Source: Eledone cirrhosa (lineage: Eukaryota). Taken from it: a DNA stretch of 64,000 nt. Within the stretch, counting starts at the first letter, position 1. Every line of letters starts with the position of its first letter. The notes under the pieces were generated by a model that was given only the letters and a program-made list of their open reading frames with translations, was not told the origin of the DNA and ran no database searches. Where the stretch lies: assembly GCA_964016885.1 (NCBI GenBank), contig OZ024743.1, positions 228,594,001 to 228,658,000 of the forward strand. Reading direction: 5' to 3'. The translations under genes and the position numbers were made by a program. Positions 55,891 to 64,000 of the stretch are shown in pieces.

Positions 55891-57334
55891 ATATATATAT
55901 ATGCATGTATATGCATATGTAATAAATAATATAAGACATACATATTGTACATATGGCAATGAGGTGATAGTGAGAGAGGGATTGTCACAGTAACTGATAT
56001 AAAAGTCTTTTAATTAAGGTTCTTCAAAAATTTGCCTCAAGTTAATGAATTTGAAGAACTTTTCAATATGTTTCTAAATTAAAAGAATAATTATTCATAT
56101 TTGTAATACACACACACACACATATGTATATATACATACAAACAAGTATGTATATAGCTATATACACACAGACATATGTTGGAGGTAGGGGCAGGGGGTG
56201 AAGGCAATACAATGGGGAACAGAGGGGGGAACATATGGAAAGAAGGAAAATGGGGAATGAGAGGAACAAGAGAGAAAAGGGGAAGAAATAATCAGTGGAG
56301 AGAATGTTAGGAAAAGAAATAAATGAGTGAAGTTAAAAGAGTTAAAAGAGGCGGGGAGACAATGAAGACATGCAGGAAATAGGGGGGGGGGGCAATTGCA
56401 ACAAAGAGAGAGAGAGCGAGGTAGATAGATAGAGGTGAGAGAAATGAGAACTATAGAAAGATGAATGAAAATGAACAAAATAAATTAAGAGAATTTTAGT
56501 GTATCATGGTAGAAAAAGAAAAAGAAATATCATAATGAACAACAAAGGAAAAATAATAAAAAGATAAGTCAGTGAAAGAAGAAGAAGAAGAAGAAGAAGA
56601 AGAAGAAGAAGAAGAAGAAAATGAGGATGAGGAAGGGGATGAGGATTATATCTATTTGCCACCAGGGCACCAATGGAGTGTGGAGGTTGGGGGAAAAATG
56701 ATGATGATGATAATAACATATGACAACAACAACAGTTAATTAGACTTTGAAAACAAAAGAAAAAAATATATACATAAAGCAAACAAACAATCAAATAAAG
56801 TGGAGCACAGAGAAAAATTGTGTTAAATATTTAATAGTGGAAAGAAAGAGAGAAATGATAGAAGAGGAGTGAGAAGTGTAATAAGAGACAGAACTGGGTG
56901 GTATATCGCTATATATATATATATAGTAATAATAAATGGGAAGACTAAAACCCGAAGAAGGCTTGATAAGGATTATATATATATAAACCTGTACAGTAAT
57001 TCTTTGTTAAACTTTAATCTGTACTTATAATATATATATAATATATATATAATATATAATATAATATATAATATATATAATATATATATATAATATATAT
57101 ATAATATATAATATATATATATAATATATATATAATATATAATAGTATATTACAGTTACTACCCAAGCAAACACCCCAACCATTGATTACCTGTACTAGA
57201 CACAGAGGTCTGGTTAGATACCATTAATAACAAAAATCAAATCCTCCATTCCCATTATGCCAAACCCTTGACTTCCAAATATCTGATCCACCGAAACTCA
57301 GCTGTTTCGGACCATACCAAAATCAACATACTGA

Positions 57335-58099
57335 TTGAGACACATACAACACTTCATCCACCATATGCAGTTCTCTGGTTACAATCAGAGAGATAAAATC
57401 AGAGTATATAGAGGAGCCAGAACCAAATGGGAAAAAATGGTAAATATTGATACAAATGGGACCTGCCCCTTGTATAGGAGAACATTTTGGAATAGAATAG
57501 AAAGAACTAGGAATAAGGTTAATAGAATAAACTCATGGTATGATAGCAATAAATACCAGAGTGTAATGTTCATTGATACAACCCCTAGAGGTGAATTAGC
57601 TTACAAATTTAGAAGGGCCCAAGATAAACATAAACTCAATATTAAGATAGTAGAAAGACCAGGTACCTCCATAAAAACACTTATTAGTAATGCATACCCT
57701 TTTCAAAGACATCCCTGTATAGATAAGAAATGTATAATCTGTAAATTAAGCCCCCATATTAACTGTAAAACTAAAAATGTAGTATATAGCATAAGATGTA
57801 TTGAAGGACAATGTAGAGATAAGAATATAGTGTACATAGGTGAGACAGCTCGTAGTATAGGGGAATGGATAAATGAACACTGGCGAGAGCTTCAAGATAG
57901 TAAAGAATCATCTGTACTCCACCAACATGCTAAAATAGAACATAAGGGTAAATTAGAGAACATAGAAATAAAAATAGAATCTACACACAGAAAAGACGCA
58001 ATGTTTAGACAAATCACAGAGGCAATAAACATAAATGAACTCCAACCAAAATTAAATAGAAAACATGAATGGAACAGCAACATCACAACTTACAATTAA
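57335..58099 (+). pseudogene. PLE thumb/linker plus GIY-YIG endonuclease ORF remnant
   Basis: SGY motif; CIDKKCIIC knuckle; NVVYSIRC-x4-C..VYIGETARS; EH..H..H; R.ITEAINI..PKLN. Confidence 0.9.
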
Positions 58100-58298
58100 G
58101 GACAAAATGAAAACACACACACACATAGAACAAACAACCAACCAGTAACATGTAAATAAACAAATAAATAAACAAATATAAACACACACAGACACCTGGA
58201 TTTAACACATGCGCAAACTAAGCACACAACACACACAAAAACAAGATGGCGTAGGACAGAACAAAGGAGAGGCACAAAAGCAAAGAAAAGAATCCCCA

Positions 58299-58341
58299 GT
58301 CACTGGAGAGGTCACAGAATGTGTGACGAAAGAACTTTGAC
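58299..58341 (+). ncRNA. Degenerate hammerhead motif in the PLE pseudo-LTR
   Basis: Stem I GTCA/TGAC; CTGGAGA (A6 to G); stem II GTCACA/TGTGAC with one extra G; GAAA; short stem III AG-AA-CT; H = T58337. Confidence 0.5.
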
Positions 58342-58840
58342 AATATATGAACAATCATCTGGTTGTGGAACCAACCAACCAACCGGAAATTTATAAATTT
58401 AATTTATAATAAATTGAAGTGAAAGCAACTGGTGTGTGTGTTTCTTATTGGCAACAAGACCCTCCCAAAGTATAACAATATCGGTTTCAACACACGTTTT
58501 CAGATAAAGAATCTTGCTAAACAAATTCAGAAACGAAATATATATATATATATATATATACACTAATATATATGATATTATAGTGTGTTAGTTCACTATT
58601 TTCATTTGTAAGATAAATTAAAGTCAATACCTCTTTTACCCTTCATTCTTCAGGAGCGAATAGTTATAGTAGCAGAGCATTTATAATTCAAAATTCAATA
58701 TGACCAAGGATCAAAATGACTGTTTATTCAGCCATGTATGAACATTTTTATACAGAACAACTCATCTAACCCATGTCAGTGTGATAAAATGAATGTGAAA
58801 TGGTGATGATTATGATAATATATATATATATATATATATT

Positions 58841-59631
58841 GAAAGGTGTAGGTAGGAACTCCATTCTCTGCCCCAAATGCAAACAATGAGTACACAAGAG
58901 ATGTAGCAAGATCTCAGGAAGCTTAACTAAGAATGTAGGCTTCACATGTAGCAGCTGTGCTGGGACAGCAAGCAGCAAACAGCCACAGGAAACAAGTACC
59001 ACCAATCTCTGGGAGGGCTCTGTAGAAACAGTAGACAGCTTCTGCTACCTAGGTGACCGAATTAGCAGCAGAGGTGGGTGTTCGGAAAGTACAATAACTC
59101 AGGTAAGAACGGGATGGAAGAAGTTCAGGGAGCTACTGCCACTGCTAGCTGCAAAAGGCTTTTCCCTCAAAATGAAAGGCAGACTGTATGATGCGTGTAT
59201 CCGAACAGCAATGTTACATGGTAGTGAGACCTGGGCGCTGTCTGTGGAAGACTTGCGTAGATTAGAAAGAAACGAAGCCGGCATGCTCCGATGGATGTGT
59301 AATAGTAATATACGCGAACGGCAAAGCATGAATGAATTGACAGAGAGATTGAGCATAAGAGGAATCAAATGATGTGTGCAGGAGAGGCAGTTGCATTGGT
59401 ATGGACATGTGATGCGTATGAAGGATGACAGCTGCATAAAAAGGTGCAGAGCACTAGAAGTCGATGGAAACCGCGGAGTGGGGAAACCTAAGAAGACCTG
59501 GGATGAGGTGATAAAAGCCGACCTTACCCAATTACACCTCTCAAAAGCGATGACACAACCAGACAACCCGTCTAACCCATGCTAGCGTGGAAGAACGGAC
59601 GTAAAACAGTGATGATGATGATGATGATGAT
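58841..59631 (+). mobile_element. RTE-A copy with most of the 3'UTR deleted
   Basis: Close match to the reverse complement of ~33205-33927, then a jump to terminal GACAACCCGTCTAACCCATGCTAG and (GAT)n. Confidence 0.93.
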
Positions 59632-60608
59632 TAGTAGGCCTGTCCACGAAAATTGAAAGTGATTCACATATATATTGCAAACTATTCATATGGATGACTG
59701 GCGTGAATGATTGAGGAAAAAATGAGTTAAAGCCCTAACAGTGGATGAAGTGGAATAGAGGATGGATAACTGGCTATTTGAATCATTATACATTGTTAGG
59801 ATATTAGAGACAAATACTAAATTACATGTGTATGTATATTACTTATATGAGCTGTAAATATATAAAATTTAATACAGAAATATGACCACTGTATGAGCAA
59901 CATATTTGTGAATGTAATAATGGTTCAAATTTTAAATAATTCATTTTCTACTACTTTTGAACCCTCTACATATTTCCTTCCTCCCTTTTTCACTCTATTC
60001 TTCAATTTTCCTCTCTCGTGTATAATATCTGTGACATCAAACTCCATTTTTCCTCCTTTAATCTTCTTTGATTTCACTCTCTCTTTCTCTGGTCATGAAA
60101 ATCAATGTTTATTACTATAGATTATATATATATATATTAACTAAGTAATTGATTAATTATTACCTTCTGATTATTATTCTCTGATATATTTCATTATTGC
60201 TTCTCAGCATTTCCATATTTGGGTTTATTAGTAACCCCATTAATAAGTTTACAACCTATCTTTCATAGATTATATAGGTTGTATACTTCATATAATAGGA
60301 TTTTTAACTCATAGCATTCAATTGTTAATCATTAGTTCTGAATATTTAATGTTCAACGTTGAACCCTAATTTCTAATACTAATTTACACATCTTCCAATT
60401 TATTTTTATTTTTAAATGTTAATTCTGAAGTTTTAATTTCTTAATTTTTAATGTGAAATTCTAATTTCTAGACCCTAGCATTAATTTATTCATCCACTGA
60501 TGTTCATTGGTGGTGGTGGTGGTGGTGTGTGTGTGTGTGTGTGGGGGGGGGGGTTAATATAAGCTTTTGCAGTCAACATGATGACATGCCTTGTTCCACC
60601 ATAAAATA

Positions 60609-60793
60609 GTTGTTTCTACTTTTGGCACAAGGCCAGCAATCACCCAGTACATTACTGGTACTTTATTTTATCAACCCCGTAAGGATGAAAGGCAAAGTTA
60701 ACCTCAACAGGATGTGAACTTAGACTGTAAAGGGACGTAACTATGCTGGAAAGCATGGCGTCCGACCCTCTACCGATACTGCCAATTCACTGC
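60609..60793 (-). mobile_element. SINE family A, full length with TSD
   Basis: Close match to 212-397. Direct repeat CATAAAATAGT at 60600-60610 and 60793-60803. Confidence 0.9.
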
Positions 60794-60867
60794 ATAAAAT
60801 AGTGGTAGTAGGCAATGAGATACATGCATGCCACCACAGGATTTCTGGCTTACTAGTTCTGGCATCT

Positions 60868-61094
60868 GCTGGACAACAGCCTCACAGTAAACTAAAACAT
60901 CTGAAGATGAACTGAACTCTGTGACTATAGTATCTCATCAGCTGTGGTGAGGGAGACTTGGTATATGAAATAGGCCTGTTTCTGTGGCCCTAGCTGCTTG
61001 CAGGGAGTGGGTAATAGTCAGATGGTCACCCAGTCCTCCACCTCCACATCTGCTCAAAGCTGGACAACAGCCTCACAGTAAACTAAAACATCTG
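60868..61094. repeat. 36-bp perfect direct repeat enclosing 155 bp
   Basis: GCTGGACAACAGCCTCACAGTAAACTAAAACATCTG at 60868-60903 and 61059-61094. Confidence 0.85.
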
Positions 61095-61958
61095 TAGAGT
61101 GGAACAAAAGTTCACAATGGAACGGACTTTAGTTATGACAACATCATTTCTGTCCATTCCCCTGTCTTTTGATTGAATTGCCTCGGAAATGTAATCTAAT
61201 TACATAAGATGCTGCCTGATGATATTGCATGACTGGTTATAGGATTGAACAATAATGTAGCCACCACTGCCATTGAAATATGTATCATAGCTTCGTAAAT
61301 AAAGGCTTTTTAACAACTACATAGAAATTCACATTTTCCTTCCTCTCTCTCTCACTATATATATATATATAAATGGCTTCTACAGGACTAGAAATGTTTC
61401 ATTCAGAAGAAATCAGGAAAGCCAACTGTCATTGTTGAAATCATCAGATATATATATATATAAACACAAAATGTCACCTGATTTCTACTACACAGCCAAG
61501 TGTTAAGGTGCTACTAATGTAATGGGTGACAGTGGTTGTCGCAGAGTGGTGAATGATGCAAATGAGAAGAATAAATAATAATGTTGATTATGATGATGAT
61601 AATAATAATAATAATGTGAGATTTTCTATCATCAGAAAGTTGTTATCAGGAAAAAATAAATAAAACCATGTTATAGAAATTTCACAATGGTTTTGGTGTC
61701 TAATTTGGAGATTTGAATCTTTTCTCTCTTTCATCTGTCCCCCTCACTGTTTCTCTCTATTACATATAAATAAACACACATCTAGGAAAATTAATACACT
61801 TCCTGTAAGAATTCAAATGGTTACATATCCCTATACACACAACACTATACACACATATACAACATATAAATACACATACATGCAGAAAAACTCTACATGC
61901 ATAGCACTACACACACACACACACAAAAGTGTGTATATATATACACATACACACACAC

Positions 61959-61991
<33 letters not shown>

Positions 61992-63400
61992 CATAAATAG
62001 CATACCATTTACATAGATCTCTATGCAGAACTATAAATTGACATTGAAATATATGCACACACCTACACCATACATAGACGTATACACACAAACAGTTTCA
62101 TATACAAACATACATATCTACACAGATGACTAAGTAGATATATACACTCAATTATACACATAAACATACATGGACACATATTCATATAAATTAATATGCA
62201 TGCACATGCATATAGGTGTGTTTGTATGTGAAATAAATGAATAAATACACACATGCATACATACACACACATATATATGTGTGTGTTTATGTATGTATAT
62301 ATAGATACATACACCCCCACAAATCAATGCATGTATGCATACACAATGCAATAGAAATTGAAGAAACTGATATATGAACAGCATGTCTGTATATAAATTA
62401 ATATGCATGCAAGCACATGCATATACACATGCACATGTATATATATATCAATGGACAAGCATGCAGCAACACTGACTGGTATGTTTACACATGATGCTAC
62501 TATGTGAATCAACACATATTCACATTTACATATGAAGTACATGTATATTAACATACTTAAAATTTCATCATACGTTTCTCCCTATCTCTGTCTCTCTCAT
62601 TCGCTCTCTTTCTCTCTCTCTCTATCTCTCTCTTTCTCCCCCTCTCTCTTGCAAGTCTTTCTATCAATACATCTTGTTGCAAGAACTTCTGTATGCGTCA
62701 GCACACACCTCTTCTATTTCAAATAGCACAATATGCATACGCACTTATATGCATTCACATATACACACATATGAACACACAATGTATACGTGTCAATGTG
62801 CACACATATACACACATAATGCATGCATGTCAATGTGCACACTTTAATAAATTAATAGATGTAAATATTCACCTGTATAAAAACTGACATACACATGCAT
62901 ATACACACACACACTCATTACATAGATATACTTACATAGATACTTATAGATAACTGACAAAATGTGCACCTGCACATTTCCATAGAAAATGCAATACATA
63001 CACATATATAGATACACACACATGCACATATATAAATACATACATACATTCATTTACACACACACATATCTATCATTCCATACATCCATACATACACACA
63101 CCACCATATGTATTGCTGTACATATGCCATTTTCTGATATATAACTTAGAAGGCTTTACATTAATAATATATCTGTGTATGTTATCTTCTTAAGAAGATC
63201 CAGAGAACCTTTCTCATGCTCTCATGTCAGCCATACTGTCTTCCAGTATTTCATTGGCCTTACACTCTTTCTTGACTTTCTTTACGACCAACAATTACTG
63301 AACTTGTCCAAAGACTTAACTATACCCATGATCCTTACAAGAGGCTAAATATATATAGACACTTGTATATCATATCATATATATATATATATACTATGTG

Positions 63401-63431
<31 letters not shown>

Positions 63432-63578
63432 GCATACGCACAGACATATATTAAACACATATACATATGTGCCATCATCATCATTTAACATCTGCTTTTC
63501 TGTATGTGTGTGTGTGTGTGTGTGTATATATATGTGTGTGTGTGTGTGTTTGTGTCTGTCTGCATGTGTGTGTGTGTG

Positions 63579-63611
<33 letters not shown>

Positions 63612-64000
63612 GCATGCTACGAAATACAAGTATAGAAATCATCTAAGCTTATTAGATAATGCATTGGATGAGATTTGATCAGGTTCAGCGGTTTACTGGT
63701 CGTAATCTGTACAAAAAACTTATAACAGTGTTCAAAATACAGTGTGTAGAGATTGGTGATTTATTTATATATATAATGGTGACTAGAGATATGGTAACTG
63801 CGTGCATGCTTGCATACATGCACACTCACACTGATGCACAGCTGATTTATGCCTCTGCTAAACATGGTTGGTTGAGATTTTGTCACTGCATCAATAGATT
63901 TTATTTTGATGTCCTTCCTTCCACTAACCACTCTTCCATGAAATAACAGTGAAACCTGCTTATGTAAGTCAGGCGGCAAAATAGGGTAAGCAGTGTAACA

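Larger units (their letters stand above)
57145..58538 (+). mobile_element. Penelope-like element, 5'-truncated: RT C-terminus, GIY-YIG endonuclease and 3' pseudo-LTR
   Basis: YPSKHPNH*LPVLDTEVW..HYAKPLTSKYLIHRNSA (RT end) precedes ORF 57335-58099. TA-rich repeats lie on both sides. Confidence 0.9.

Noticed and set aside
57204-57206. Selenocysteine recoding in the PLE (in-frame TGA just upstream, before LPVLD, at ~57184)
   Set aside because: It is a single TGA at a non-Cys position in an already disrupted copy. CGA-to-TGA decay is simpler, and no SECIS was identified.

Overview
Eukaryotic, very AT-rich and microsatellite-saturated DNA. The SINE/RTE repertoire resembles an octopus (coleoid cephalopod) genome; this assignment is inference. 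No complete host gene is visible. Nearly all listed ORFs are translations of (TA)n/(CA)n/triplet repeats or decayed retroelements. Recognisable content: several RTE-clade LINE fragments, with a PHD-like zinc finger inside the RT region; a Penelope-like element (RT C-terminus plus GIY-YIG endonuclease); relics of R4/Dong, Tx1/L1, CR1/Jockey and CRE-like LINEs; three or more tRNA-SINE families; and TA- and TTAA-type MITEs. Two weak minus-strand exon candidates may flank a ~49 kb intron. The most notable signal is a set of short, mutually dissimilar, mostly fold-back elements next to microsatellites. They carry whole or partial minimal type I hammerhead-ribozyme cores (CUGANGA...GAAA...UH) and include a 373-bp near-perfect palindrome. 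The same motif lies downstream of the Penelope-like ORF.
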